64,000 nucleotides of DNA from Vicugna vicugna (lineage: Eukaryota): NCBI GenBank assembly GCA_013265495.1, contig MU058722.1:1-64000 (forward strand). The letters are read 5' to 3'. This document shows, one piece after another, positions 12,478 through 24,965 of the stretch. The notes under the pieces were generated by a model. The model was given only the letters and a program-made list of their open reading frames with translations. It ran no database searches and was not told the origin of the DNA. Numbering within the stretch: the stretch's first letter is position 1; each line of letters begins with the position of its first letter. The position numbers and the translations under genes are program-made.

Positions 12478-15280
12478 TAACCACAGAGAATCTATGCTTT
12501 GCAGGAAAACAGTCCTAGGAGGGAAGCTCATAGTAATACAGGACTTCCTCAAAAAAGAAGAACAATCTCAAATAAACATTCTAACCTACTAGCTAAAAGA
12601 ATAAGAAAAACCAAGAGCAAACAAAAGCAAGTCAGCGGAAGAAATAAAATAAGAAAGATAATGGAGGAAATAAATAAAGATTAAAAAACAATGGAAAAAA
12701 TCAATCAAACCAAGAGCTGGTCTTCTGAAAGAGTAAACAAAATTGACACATCTCTGGCCAAGCTCATGAAGAAGAGAAAAGAGAGAGCAGAAATAAAAAA
12801 AATAAGACAGGAAAATGGAGAAATTACAAACAATATACAAAATGTCATAGGAGAATACTATGAACAACTATAAGGAAATAAAATGGATAACCTAGAAGAA
12901 ATGGACAAGTTTCTGGAAACATAGAATCCACCAAGACTGAATGAAGAAGAAATTGACCACTTGAACAAACCAATCAGGAGAAATCAAATTGAATTAGAAT
13001 TAAAACTCTTACCTAGAAACAAAAGTCCAGGACCAGAAGGCTTCACTGAGGAATTCAACCAAACATACAAAGAACTCATAACAGTCCTTCTCGAACACTT
13101 CCAGTAGACTGAAAAAGAGAGAGTACCCCAAACTCATTCTATGAAGCCACCATTAGCCTGATACCAAAAACAAAGATACTAACAAAAAACAACATTGCGT
13201 ACTAATATCACTGGTGGTCATAAATGCAAAACCCCTTATCAAAATATTAGCAGATTCCAACAGCACATAAAAGAGATCATATGCCATGATCAATTTGGAT
13301 TCATCTCAGGAACACAAGGATGCTGAAACATATATTAATCAATCAATGTAATGCATCACAACAAGAGAAAGAAACAAAAACACACACACAATCATCTCAA
13401 CAGATGCAGAAAAATCATTTGATAAAATTCAACACTAATTTATGATAAAACACATTACCAAAGTGGTTATAGATGGAACATATCTCAACACAATAAAACA
13501 TTTTCTTTAACTTTTTAAAATTGAGGTATAATCAATTTACAATGTTGTGTCACATTCCAGTTTAGAGCAAAATTTTTCAGTTGTACATGAACATACATAT
13601 ATTCATTGTCACATTGTTTTTTTGCTGTGAGCTTCCACAAGATCTTGTATATAATTTCCTGTGTTATACAGTATAATCTTCATAAAGGACAAGGTTGTCA
13701 CTCTCACCACTTGTATTCAATATATTCTTGGAAGCCCTATCCACAGCAATCAGGTAAGAAAAAAGAAATAAAAGGGATCCAAATAGGAAAAGGAAGAGTT
13801 ACAATTGTGACCATATGCAGATGACATGATACTGTATACAGAAAAATTTGGAAGTTTCACACAAAACTTCTAAAACTAATAAAAGAATTTGGCAAGGTAG
13901 CAGATACAAGGTTAATGGACAAGAATCGGTTGCATTTCTTTATACTAATAATGAATCATCAGGAAAAGAATGTAAAGAAACACTCCCTTTTAAAATAGCA
14001 CCCAAAGTAATAAAATATCTAATAATAAATTTAATCAAGGAGGTGAAAGTTTTATAAATGAAGGACAATGAAACTTTGATTAAGGAGATTAAAGAAAACC
14101 TGAAAAAATGGAAAGATATCCCATGCACCTGGATTGGAAGAAAAATATTGTTAAAATGGTCATACTGCCCAAGGCAATTTACAGATTGAATGCAACCTGT
14201 ATTAAATTAACTAGGACTTACTGCACAGAAATAGAACAAATCATATTAAACTTTATATGGAATCACAAAAGACACAAATTTGCCAAAGCATAGCTGAAGA
14301 AAAAGAATAAGGCTGGAGAAATAACCCTCCCAGATTTCAGAAAATACTACAAGCTTCAGTAATCAAAACAGCAATAGTAGTAGTACAAAAACAGAAATAT
14401 GGATCAATGGAACAGGATAGAAAGCCCAGAAATAAACCCAGAAAATTTTGGTCAATTAAACTTCAACAAAGGTGGCAAGAACATAAAATGGAATAAACAG
14501 AGTCTTTTCAGCAAATGGTGTTGGAGAAACTGGAGAGCAGCATGTAAATCAATGAATTTAGATTACTACCTTACACCATAAACAAAAATAAATACAAAAT
14601 GGATTAAAGACTAAAACATAAGACAAGACACAATAAACTTCCTAGAAGTAATCATAGGCAAAACATTATCTCACATGCATCTCAACAATGTTCTACTAGG
14701 GCAGTCAACCCAAACAATAGAAATATAAGCAAAACTAAACTAGTGGGATATAATTAAACTTACAAGCTTTTGCACAGCAAAGAAAACCATAAACAAAACA
14801 AATCGGCAACCTATGGAATGGGAGAAAATATTTGCAAAAGATGAAACTGAATGGCTTGGTCTCCAGAATATATAAACAGCTCATATGACTTAATAAGAAA
14901 AACAAACAATTCAATCCCAAAATGAGCAGAAGACCTAAACAAGCAATTCTCCAATGAAGACATATAAATGCCCAATAGGCTCATGAAAAAATACGTAAAA
15001 TCACTAATTATCAGAGAAATGTAACTCAAAACTACAATGAGATATTATCTCACACTAGTCAGAATGGCCATCATTCAAAAGTCTACAAATGAAAAATGTT
15101 GTAGGGGGTGTGGAGAAAAGGGCACCCTAATACACTGTTGGTGTCAATGCAGTTTGGCGCAGCCATTGTGGAAAACAGTATGGAGATTCCTATAAAGCCT
15201 AAAAATACAAATAACTTATGATGCAACAATCCCACTCCTGGGCAATTGTCCAAAGGGAACGCTAAATCAAAAATACGTCT
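12478..15280 (+). mobile_element. L1 ORF2 remnant (Z region, RT, Cys domain), disrupted
   Basis: KINQTKSW, KSPGPEGF, DAEKSFDKIQ, ATATGCAGATGACATG (YADD-type) and [13 protein letters not shown] motifs. Confidence 0.9.
13503..13680 (-). mobile_element. Short L1 3' end inserted antisense in the ORF2 remnant
   Basis: TTTTTAAAATTGAGGTATAATCAATTTACAATGTTGTGTCAC...CTGTGTTATACAG is the antisense of the L1 tail seen at 18530-18690 and 34840-35003. Confidence 0.85.
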
Positions 15281-15284
15281 ACAC

Positions 15285-16000
15285 ATCCTACAGCCAGCAT
15301 AGTACTCAATGGTGAAAAACTCAAAATGTTCCCACTAAAATCTGGAACAAGACTCGGTTACCCACTATCACCACTCCTATTCAACATAGTCTTGAAAGTC
15401 CTAGCCACAGAAATCAGGCAGGAGAGAGAAATAAAGGGGATCCAAATTGGAAAAGAAGAGGTAAAATTATCACCATATGCAGATGACATGATATTATATA
15501 TAGAAAACCCAAAAACTACTAGAAATAATCTCAGAATTCAGCAAGGTAGCAGGTTACAAGATTAGCATTCAAAAATAAATTTCATTTCTTTACACTAATG
15601 ATGAATCAACAGAAAAACAATAAAGAATCAATCCCCTTTAAAATAACCCCCAAAGTAATAAAATACCTAGGAGTAAATCTAACCAAGGAAGTGAAAGACT
15701 TCTACACAGAAAACTATAAAACACTGATGAAGGAAATTAAATAAGACTTAAAAAAATGGAAAGATATCCCATGCTCCTGGATTGGAAGAATCAATATTGT
15801 TGAAATGGTCATATGCCCAAGGCAATCTACATATTTAAGATGATCCCTATCGATTTACTCAGGACATATTTCACAGAAGTAGAACAACTCATAATAAAAT
15901 TTACATAACCTTGTTTAATAAAAGCTATTTTTGACAAACCTACAGCCAGCACAATACTCAATGGTGAAAAACTGAAAACCTTCCCACAAATATCTGGAAT
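15285..16000 (+). mobile_element. Two further L1 ORF2 RT fragments
   Basis: ORF 15326-15565 reads [26 protein letters not shown]...YADDMILY. A second copy of CTACAGCCAGCA..ACTCAATGGTGAAAAACT occurs at ~15940. Confidence 0.85.
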
Positions 16001-16221
16001 GCACTTGGAACAAGAAAAAAATTATTAAGAAGAACATGATTAGAACAGCTGGTACAATTTGAATATGAAATGTGGCATACATAATAATACTGAATCAGTA
16101 TTAATTATCCTGATTTTGATAAAAATATTGTGATTGCATAAGAGAAAATCTATATCTTAAAAAATAGTCACTGAATTTGAGACATGATTTCTATAAATTA
16201 TACTCAGATCATTAAGAAATA

Positions 16222-16812
16222 GATATGCCCAGGAGTGGATCATGTGGTAAGTCTATTTTTAGTTTTTTGAGACATATCCATAATGTTTTCCATAATGGCT
16301 ACACCAAGCATATGATCTAGCAATCCAACTCCTGGGCATGTATCAAGAGGGAACTCTAAATTGGAAAGATACATGCACCCCAATGTCCATAACAGCAAAA
16401 TATACAATAGCCAAGATGTGGAAACAACCTAAATGTTCATTGACATATGACACTATAAAGAAGTATTCCATTGTATATATTTATACAATGGAATACTATT
16501 CAGCCATAAAAAGAACAAAATCATAACATGGATGGATCTAGAGATCATCATTCTTAAGTGAAGGAAGCCAGAAAGAGAAAGAAAATATATGGTATCACTT
16601 ATATGTGAAATCTAAGAAATGAAAGAAAAGGAACACAGTAATGAACTCATCTACAAAGTAGAAAGAGACTTGCAAACAAACTAAATATTCTTATGGTTAC
16701 TGGGGGAAAGCAAGTGGGAAGGGATAAATTTGGGAGTTTGTGATTTGCAAATGTGGACCACTATATATAAAAACTGGATTGAAAAAACCAAATTTCTTCT
16801 GTATAGCACAGG
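16222..16812 (+). mobile_element. 5'-inverted L1 3' end (16222-16305 antisense, 16308-16812 sense), truncated in its 3'UTR
   Basis: The antisense piece is the L1 sequence immediately upstream of, and overlapping by ~30 nt, the sense piece (CATATGATC..CTCCTGGGCAT). This is twin-priming geometry. Confidence 0.75.
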
Positions 16813-16814
16813 GA

Positions 16815-18700
16815 TCTTTATCTCCTTCTGCTTCTTTTCCAATTTGGATCTCTTTTATTTATTTTTCTTGACTCAGTGCAGTGGCTAGGACTTCCAAGTT
16901 TATGTTGAATAGAAATGGGGAGAGTGGACAACCTTGCCTTTTCCCAGATTTTAGTAGGAAGATTTTCAGCATTTCATCATTGAGTTCTATGCTGGCTGTA
17001 GGTTTGTCATAAATAGCTTTTATCATGTTGAGATATGTTCCCTATCAGCCCACTTTGGTGAGAATTTTTATCATAAATTGGCGTTGAATTTTATCAAATG
17101 CTTTTTCTGCATCTATTAAATTCAAATAAGAAATTATATGGAACCACAAAAGACCTAGAATTGCCAAAGCATTGCTGAAGAAAAGAAAAGAGGCTGGAGG
17201 AATAACTCTCTGAGACTTCAGACAATACTACAGAGGTACACTAATCAAGATAGCATGGTATTGTTACAAAAACAGACATATGGAACATTGGAACAGAATA
17301 GAGAGCCGTGAAATGAACCCACAAACATTTGGTCTACTAATCTTCAACCAAGGAGGCAAGAATATTCAGTGGAAACAAGAGAGTCTCTTCAGCAAATGGG
17401 GTTGTTAAAACTGGACAGCAGCATGTAAAGCAATGAAGCTAGAACACTCCCTTACACCACACAAAAAAATAAACTCAAAATGAATCAAAGACTTAAATAT
17501 AAGACACGATACAATTAGCCTCCTAGAGGAAAATATAGGCAAAACATTATCTGACATACATCTCAAAAATATTCTCCTAGAACCGTCAACCCAAACAATA
17601 GAAATAAATGAAAAAATAAATGGTACCTAATAAAATTTACAAGCTTCAGCACAGCAAAAAAACCATAAGTAAAAGAAAATGACAACCTAGGGAATGGGAA
17701 AAAATTTTTGCAGATGAAATTGAGAAATGCTTGCTCTGCAGAATATATAAGCATCTCACACAATTTAATAAGAATAAAAACATACAACCCAATCCAAAAT
17801 GGATAGGAGACCCAAATAAGCAATTCTCCACGGAAGGCATGCAAATGATCAATAGGCACATGAAAAAAAGCTCAATATCACAAATTATCAGAGAAATGAA
17901 AATCAAAACTAAAATGAGGTATCACCCCAAACAAGTCAGAATGGCCATCATTCAAAAGTCCACAAATGACAAATGCTGGAGAGGCTGTGGAGAAAAGGGA
18001 ACCCTCCTACACTGCTGGAGAGAATGCAGTTTGGTGCAGCCACTGTGGAACACAGTATGGAGATTCCTAAAAAGATTAGGATTAGATTTACCATATGACC
18101 CAGGGTAACACACTTGGGCATATATACAGAAGGAACCCTACTTCAAAATGACACTTGCACCCCAATGATCATAGCAGAACTATTTACCATAGCCAAGACA
18201 TAGGAAGAGCCTAAACGTCAATCAACAGATAACTGGATAAAGCAGATATGATATATTTGTAAAATGGAAAACTATTCAGACATAAAATCTGACAACATAA
18301 TGACAATTGAAGCAACATGGGTTACTGGAGAATACTATTCTGAGCGGATTAAGCCAGAAAGAAAAAGAAAAATACCATATGAGATCACTTTTATGTGGAA
18401 ATATATATATATATATATATATAAAACAGAGACAGGCTCATTGACATAGAATAAAAATTTCTGGTCAAAGGGGAATGGGGGTGGGAAAGGACTGGGATAT
18501 TAAAATGTAGAAAATATACACAAGACTCTACTGTGTAGCACAGGGAAATATATGCAAGATTTTTTGCTAGCTAACAAAGAAGAGAAGTGACAATGAATGT
18601 ATATATGCACATGCATAAGAGAAAAACAGTGCTCTACACTGGAATTTGAAACAAAATTGTAAAGTGATTATGAATCAATAAAAAGTTAAAAACAAAAAGA
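16815..18700 (+). mobile_element. 5'-inverted L1 (16815-17120 antisense RT segment; 17125-18700 sense ORF2 end, 3'UTR, polyA signal)
   Basis: The antisense part encodes DAEKAFDKIQ...LEVLA...IQIGK. The sense part has IWNHKRPRIAK and [15 protein letters not shown] and ends AATCAATAAAAAGTTAAAAACAAAAA. Confidence 0.85.
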
Positions 18701-19759
18701 AAATTTAATGGATGAGATAATAGCATGGCTAAAGACAGGAATTGGCAGACTAGATAATGAAGAGGGACTTAAAAGTGTTTGAGAAGACACGAGAACAATA
18801 AACTGTCAGTAAAAAGATGACATATAAATGCAAGAGATAACCAATGCAAACATTGCTGTTGAAAACTGGGAAAAGACAAAGAATGCAAGGTTAGGACATA
18901 TAGGATTCCCAGATGAAAAAGAAAGATGATAAAAGAAAAAAAAAACAAAAAAAGGGATGAAAAGTTATTCGAAAAATATCAGACTGAAATTTGCTGAAAG
19001 CCAAGAAACAATCATCTATACGAAGTCAGGAAGCAAACAGTTTCAAAAGCAGGTGGAATTCCAATAGACTTTCAAGCATCTGTATTATCATTGAAATCAT
19101 CAAATTTCATGATCAACCCAATGATTTTAAATACACCTAGAGTAAAGCAACTTAGTCACAACAGAACTTCAAGAGGGGTTTCAGCTGATATCCCAACAGA
19201 AACATTGAAGGACAGGAAGGAGTGCCAAGAAATAGATCAAATCCTGAATGAGAAAAAGCTGCAATCTAGCGTAGCTTATGCCACAAGACCACCCTTTAAA
19301 ATAATGGCAGAAGTAGAGAAATTCACAGACCAGCAAAACTTAAAAGAATTCAGCAGTTCAAAACTTATCTTAAAAGTAAGATTGAGAATGCTGCCCTGAA
19401 TCAAAAACAGGCAAGATGATCTGGAAATAAGAAAACCATCACTGGAAATGAAAGAAGTGCAATGAGTTGCAAAGAATAAACAAGAAGTAGGCAAAGAGGA
19501 TATCAAAATCCTAAAGATGGGAGAGGAAATCCTAAAGAGAGGGAAGCAGGAAAACAGGTGATTTTCAACACTTAACTATGTGAATCAGCATATATGACTC
19601 TCTGAAGCAAACGGAGAGATGCATGACATCATGTGTTTGCAAAACAAACAAAAAGCAAGCAAAAAAACCCCACAAAGAATCAAACACCAAAAGAGTACGG
19701 TTGACTGACATATAACCAAAGGAACCAGGATAATTCAAAAGAAAATACTCAAAGTGATA

Positions 19760-20345
19760 TCAAGGATCATTCAGCATGCATCGACACAGTATCATTGCTT
19801 GCATGTACTCAACACACTTGTATTCAGAAAACAGATGCATGCATTAATATTCATAAATATTGTTTCATAAGAGCACAACGTTACCTAGATCAAATGCCTA
19901 TTTTGAATAAAATGGATTCAAGGTCCGTGACATAGACTTACAAGCCTTCCAACATGAGGAACAAATGACATATTCAACCTTATGAAGAGAATAAATGGCA
20001 TATGCCTATAACAAAGGCAGTAGCTCTACAAAACTGTACCAAGAGCAAGAGACAGTAAAGTATACATTGGGATTGGTTTCAATTCTCTGAAATTCAGGCC
20101 CAATTAAACAAAATGATCCATTTTATGAGAATGTGGGTGTTTCTGCAGAAAAGAAACAGATGGATATGTATTCTGGGTGAATGGATATTAAACAAACATA
20201 AGATTCTCATAGTGGGTCTTTGGGTACTGTTAAATGTTAGAAAGGACAAAGACGTGTGAAAATATAAATTTAACATGGACACAATTCCCTCCATTGTACT
20301 GTGTATAGAGATACGAACAAAAGGAAAGAGAGAAGGGAAAAAAGG
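19760..20345 (+). mobile_element. Unit module (shown in U1): heavily diverged old L1M 3' end with A-rich terminus
   Basis: CACACTTGTATTCAGAAA...ATATTCATAA...CCAAATGCC...AAAACTGTACTAAGAGCAAAAGAGACAGACA...TTCATTTCTAGGAATTTCAG follows the order of L1MB-ME 3'UTR motifs. Present in every unit. Confidence 0.6.
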
Positions 20346-20349
20346 AGAA

Positions 20350-22300
20350 AGGGACGCTAATGGAGAGAATCATATTTAGCTTAGGAAGCAGCCCCTCCCC
20401 CAACACTGACAAAATGCAGCAAACATTGGGGATGGCAGTTACCATTTGGATTCCAAGTGGAATGTTGTTGTGTTCCATGAGGCTTGTTGTGGCTGGTGAA
20501 TCCAAGGTAACTGGGCAGAGCCATAAGGGTGGATCAGTGACATAGAGGGGATGCCGCCCTCTGTGGAGTTTGGCTTAGGACTCTTGTTCAGTAAGCTGTG
20601 AGTTCGAGATACTGCTACTCCCCAATGGCCTGAGTTCACGGGTCAGTTTGCAGAACCTGAAAGGGCAGAGAGTAGAAGATCTGCCTGTCATTAACCTACC
20701 GGTGAGGTTCTGATGTACTTTCAGATATGCCCAGTCCTGTAGAAGTCGAATTTACGGGAGACATGAAGAGAAGCTGGCAGAAAAGCTGGCTGCACAGATT
20801 GAGGAGAGATGTGAATACATTGATGAGAGTTGTTCTGCTACAATGGAGAATACTGGCATGGAGAATTCTTTACACCATACCAGGCTCAAAAGACATTCAT
20901 AAGACATGTTGAGCCTCGCTGATACTAGCAGAAACCTGTGGAGGGTCAACGTGAACTTGAGGAAGGTACTCAATTCTCTGCTCCAAGAAGTGGTCCAAGA
21001 TTACTGACGTCTAAAAGACAAGAGACGGCAGAGATGATAAAACCACTCATGTTCGTGGAAGAGGTCCTGAGAATCCACACGTCCCAAGGGGCATTTAAAA
21101 ATCACACAGACCACAGAGCACGAAGCCCTGGTAATCTTTTACCTGGGGTTGGGCCTACCTATCAAGCATTTGCTGTTCCCTACCCTACACTCAGGCATCT
21201 TTTTCAAAGGATCAGCACCTGAGCTGCAATTAAGTCAGTAGGAGAAGAGCAAGCCCCTCCTAGAAACAGAGTTCCTCCACCTTCACACTCTGTGAAGAAC
21301 AGTGAATTCCTTAAAGGTCAAATGCTCTTGACTAAAAAAGATAGGAATTGAATACTTAGCTCACACAAAAAAATGATGACCTTCCCCTAGATTCAGCATA
21401 TGCTGTGGTTACGTCTTCTTTGGGGTGAAGGGAGTGTGGTAAGTGAGGGGAAATTTTGACTGAACTTGAATATGTATTAGGCCTCAGTTTTTATGACAGT
21501 ATAGGAAATTATTATAAGTCAGTTAGTGAATTGAACTGAAAAAGTCACCATAGACATGTAAGGACACATGTTATGTGGATCGTTTTTTCCATTCATTCAA
21601 GCCCCGGGTGCAGTATATCATGTGGGTGTAGACATTGTTTGGTTAAACTGCTTTACCCAACATGATCAGACAATTAAGTATTCTCATGGTTGATAGAAGA
21701 ACACCTGGTTCTCAATAGCTTAGCAAAGCTGCAGCAGTTTTCTCATAGCTATAATGCCTCTATGTGCTTTAGGAACAAAGCTCACATATAAATATCTTCT
21801 TTCGGTTTCCTTGTGATTTCCTAGAGAGAAATGTTACCCCTTGAAATGACAACATTGGCCAGTATGTGTCATTGGGAGGAAAGGGCCCCTTTTGCACAAG
21901 GGAAACCCAGGTTGGGGGTTATATCATGGTTCCAATAGTTATTTCGTGGTTCCTGTTGGTGATATAGGTATCAACAGTAAAGGGTTAACCTATCCCCTTC
22001 ATCAGTTTGGACTGCTATTTTACATTCTATCTGTCTATTTTTCCCTTAGAGCTGACAAAATGGTACCTGAATTTGACAAGTCTGCCTGTAAGTAGATTTA
22101 GTATGTTTCAAAAACTAACTTCATTTTTATATAAATCCCAAAATATGTAAATCAATTCTATTAACATTTTGAAAGTCTGCAACTGAGGTATCAACACAAT
22201 GTCAAAACTGGATTCTTTGGAAAAACCCTCCCACTATGGCTGTATAGAAAAAAGATAAATATGAATCACATTTCTGTGAGTTATATATGGAAAGTGTTGA
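20350..22300 (+). pseudogene. Unit module (shown in U1): non-TE cassette with exon-intron signals; unassigned gene remnant
   Basis: Long exon ending 21130 (GT at 21131), 48-nt exon 21391-21438, 86-nt exon 21825-21910 and 38-nt exon 22050-22087. The three small exons splice into one open frame in U1. Confidence 0.5.
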
Positions 22301-22309
22301 TTTATCAAT

Positions 22310-23780
22310 GCCCAGTTGGCAGGGTACAAGTGCAACCTACGCTCACTCACTCGCAAGTACACAGCAAGATAAACAAACACTCACCAAGCCCTTAGTTCAG
22401 GACACTTGCCATAGAGTGTTCCTTTACTTGCGAAAACAGAATGAAGCCTCAGAAAACCTGGAAGTAGGAGAAGGCAAAGTAGATAATGGAAATCAGTGCC
22501 GTACCTGACGTCTGTTGATGAAACAGCAAAGGTGAAACTTTGTTTCACTTGGACGCACACTCTCAAGCGGACAGGAGACATGGGATTGAAAGCAATGCAC
22601 TGAGTGTTAGAAGAGTGCACAGCAGATGCTTGGCTGACAGAACTCAAAGAAATCAGCACAAAATATCCCCACAATTGATTCTGAGACCAAGATCCGAGCT
22701 GCCAAATTTGAGCTCGCAGTGGCTGCGGAAAATGTGGTATAGGGCTATCGATGATGGCACACTCTGAGTCTCAGGAATCTGGAGTGTGTTGTGGATTGTG
22801 TTTTGCCCTACCAATTAGGAAACAAAGCTTGGACCCCAATGAGAAAGCAACCACCCTGGCGTGCAAAGTTGTTTATCGAAATGTCCCATGGCCACAACCA
22901 CTGCATCTGCAGGCCCAGGGACCAATTTGGCCTTTTGCCAATAGAGCACAAGTGGGGCTCAATCAGAGAAATCATGCATCTGGACTGAGAGATCCAGGGG
23001 GCCTTGGGGTTGAAATCAGTTTCCAAAGACTTAGGATCAGCTAAATTCTTAGCCTGGACTGGGATTACGGTTTGGTATGAGGCAGAGGATTCGGGACAGC
23101 TGTGTGGTTGCCTTCGTGGTCCCAAGGCACAAGGATGAGAGAACAAAGAATAGTGGTCTAGGTCCGCAGCGTGAGAAGATGAAGCATTTCCTTCACCATT
23201 ATCTACCAAATGTAGATGCTACAATTTGGATGGTACTGACATGGTACAGCACCGAGGAAAACTATGTGGGGCTGCATGATAATGGCAGCAGGCCCTGATG
23301 CATGACATCCTTAGATATTTTTCCAGAAGTTTTTCTGTAGACAGAGAAGCTCTGGGAATAACTGGTCACATTGGGACATTCCCATAGAAATAGAAAGGAC
23401 AAGTGCACTGACAATATGCTGTTTTTAAAACAGTCCAAAATGACATACAACAGCCTGCAGAGCTGAAAACATTTAGATGCTCCATTTCCACAAGAGGAAT
23501 GGTCCTGTGCACTTTCAGAAAAGTGACATAAGTGTAATAAAAATGAGATTATTCTGAATGATGAGAGTATGGTGTGTTCATCACAACAAATGTATCACCA
23601 GCAATTAGAGATATACCAGTCAACACACACAGGAAAATGACATGGCATCAATGTATAGGAAAAATTGTCCTCACAGAAATATCATGGAATTGCGTACACC
23701 CAAGAGACTAAAACTTCCACTTAACCAAGCCCTACAAGTCTATATTAGATATCTGATAGTCCTTGACCTGTAGAGATAAA
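22310..23780 (+). mobile_element. Unit module (shown in U1): diverged L1 5'UTR
   Basis: Consensus CCCAGTTGGCAGGGTACAAG..GCTCACTCGCTCCCA aligns with L1 start 6915-6990. GGGGTTGAAATCAG..CTTAGGATCAGC aligns with 7620-7700, and ACAACACACACAGGAAAATGACATGGC with 5825-5860. The YY1 site is destroyed in all copies. Confidence 0.75.
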
Positions 23781-24965
23781 GAAGTATAGTAAAAGAAACT
23801 GGAAGTACCATTCTCAGTTCCAAAGACATTGAAGGCCCAAAAAATAGCTTTCAAACAACTAGATTGTGAAACACTACCAGAGCAATTATTGAAAACTGAG
23901 GTGAGGGAAACAATAATGTACAACAGTGTCTCAAAATCACAAAGGGCAAAATATCAGAAAAAGGGAAGAGAACCTCTAAGACGAGCCAAATGAAATCAGA
24001 AAACTCAATGCATGAGATAATAACAGGGCTATAGTCAGTCCTAAGCAGACTAGATAATGCAGAGGGACTTGTGAATATCTGTGAACACAGGGAAACAGAA
24101 ATCCCTCTATCAGAAGATGACATAGAAAAGCAAGTGAAAACCACTGCAAATATTGTGTTGAGTCCTGAGATAAGACAAAGCATGAAAGACTAGGATTCAT
24201 AAGAGTCCCAGAGGGAAAAGCTAGATATAAAAAAAAAAAAACTCTGAAAAGATATTAGTAGAAAAGTCAAACTGAAACTTTCTGAAAGCCAAGAAACAAT
24301 CATCTATACGAAACCAGGAGCAAACAGCATCCAAATTATGTGGAACTCCAATAGACATACAAGCAGCTGTATTATCATTCAAATCATCAAATTTCATGAT
24401 TAACCCAGTGATTTTAAATGCACCTAGAGGAAAGCAACTTAGTCATAACAAAACCTCCAGAGAGGTTTCAGCTGATACCTCGACAGAAATACTGCAGGAC
24501 AGGAAGGAGTGCTAAGACATAGACCAAATCCTGAATCAGAAAAAGCTGCAGTCTAGGGTAGCCTATGCCACAAGAGCGCCATTTCTGATAATGGCAGAGC
24601 TAGACAATTTCACAGACCAGCAAAACGTAAAAGGAGTCAGCAGATCGAATCCTATCCTAAAAGAAAGATTGAGAATACTACACGGAAGAGTAAAGTAGCA
24701 AGATGAAATGGAAAGAAGAAAACCATTTTGGAAATGCAAGAAGAGCAATGAGTTGAAATGAATAAACCAGAAGAAGGCAAGGAGGACTTCAATATCCAAC
24801 AGATGAGAGAGGGAAGCAGGAAAACAGGGAATTTCAGCACTCTACTAAGTGAAACAGCTAATATGACTCTCTGTTTGAAGCAAACGGAGAGTTGAGTGGC
24901 TTAATGTGTTTGCAAAACAAAGAACAAACAAACAAAGAAACAATCAAATGAAGAAACAAACACCA
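23781..24965 (+). mobile_element. Unit module (shown across U1/U2): degenerate L1 ORF1, inter-ORF spacer and (CAAA)n tract; no ORF2
   Basis: ORF-track peptides such as 29687-29977 ILQDRKECQDIDQILNEKELQSRVAY...NFTDWQNLKEFS match the L1 ORF1 C-terminus. AGCAGACTAGATAATGCAGAGG matches the ORF1 coiled-coil DNA at 6252-6275. Confidence 0.9.

Larger units (their letters stand above)
18708..24007 (+). repeat. Macrosatellite unit U1
   Basis: Anchor-to-anchor, 5300 bp. Confidence 0.95.

Noticed and set aside
4331..17906. Numerous 60-160 aa minus-strand F/L/S-rich ORFs in the ORF track
   Set aside because: They are antisense readings of A-rich L1 sequence, not genes.
20850..21100. Fleeting resemblance of cassette peptides to CT47 (EN..RNLW), MRFAP1 (MAEM..RI), FAM9 (KLLN..KKWQ) and SPATA31 (RELEE)
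   Set aside because: Each is a few residues without extension on either side, so no gene symbol was assigned.
21617..21666. ATCATGTGGGT...ACCCAACATGAT hairpin once per unit as a candidate pre-miRNA
   Set aside because: Only ~15 bp with bulges and a large loop, and unit variants are not compensatory. Too weak without small-RNA data.
22900..23300. Recurrent peptides with RDPGGLG and EHMWGSIREIMHL suggested an endogenous viral polymerase or non-LTR RT
   Set aside because: The DNA aligns with the L1 5'UTRs at 5000-5200 and 7600-7810. Frames are short and broken, so these are incidental translations of non-coding L1.
23505..23575. TTCAGAA...TTCTGAA hairpin resembling X-linked miR-506/513-type precursors
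   Set aside because: It lies in the L1 5'UTR module (homologous to 5720-5800), and the pairing is lost in the other units.
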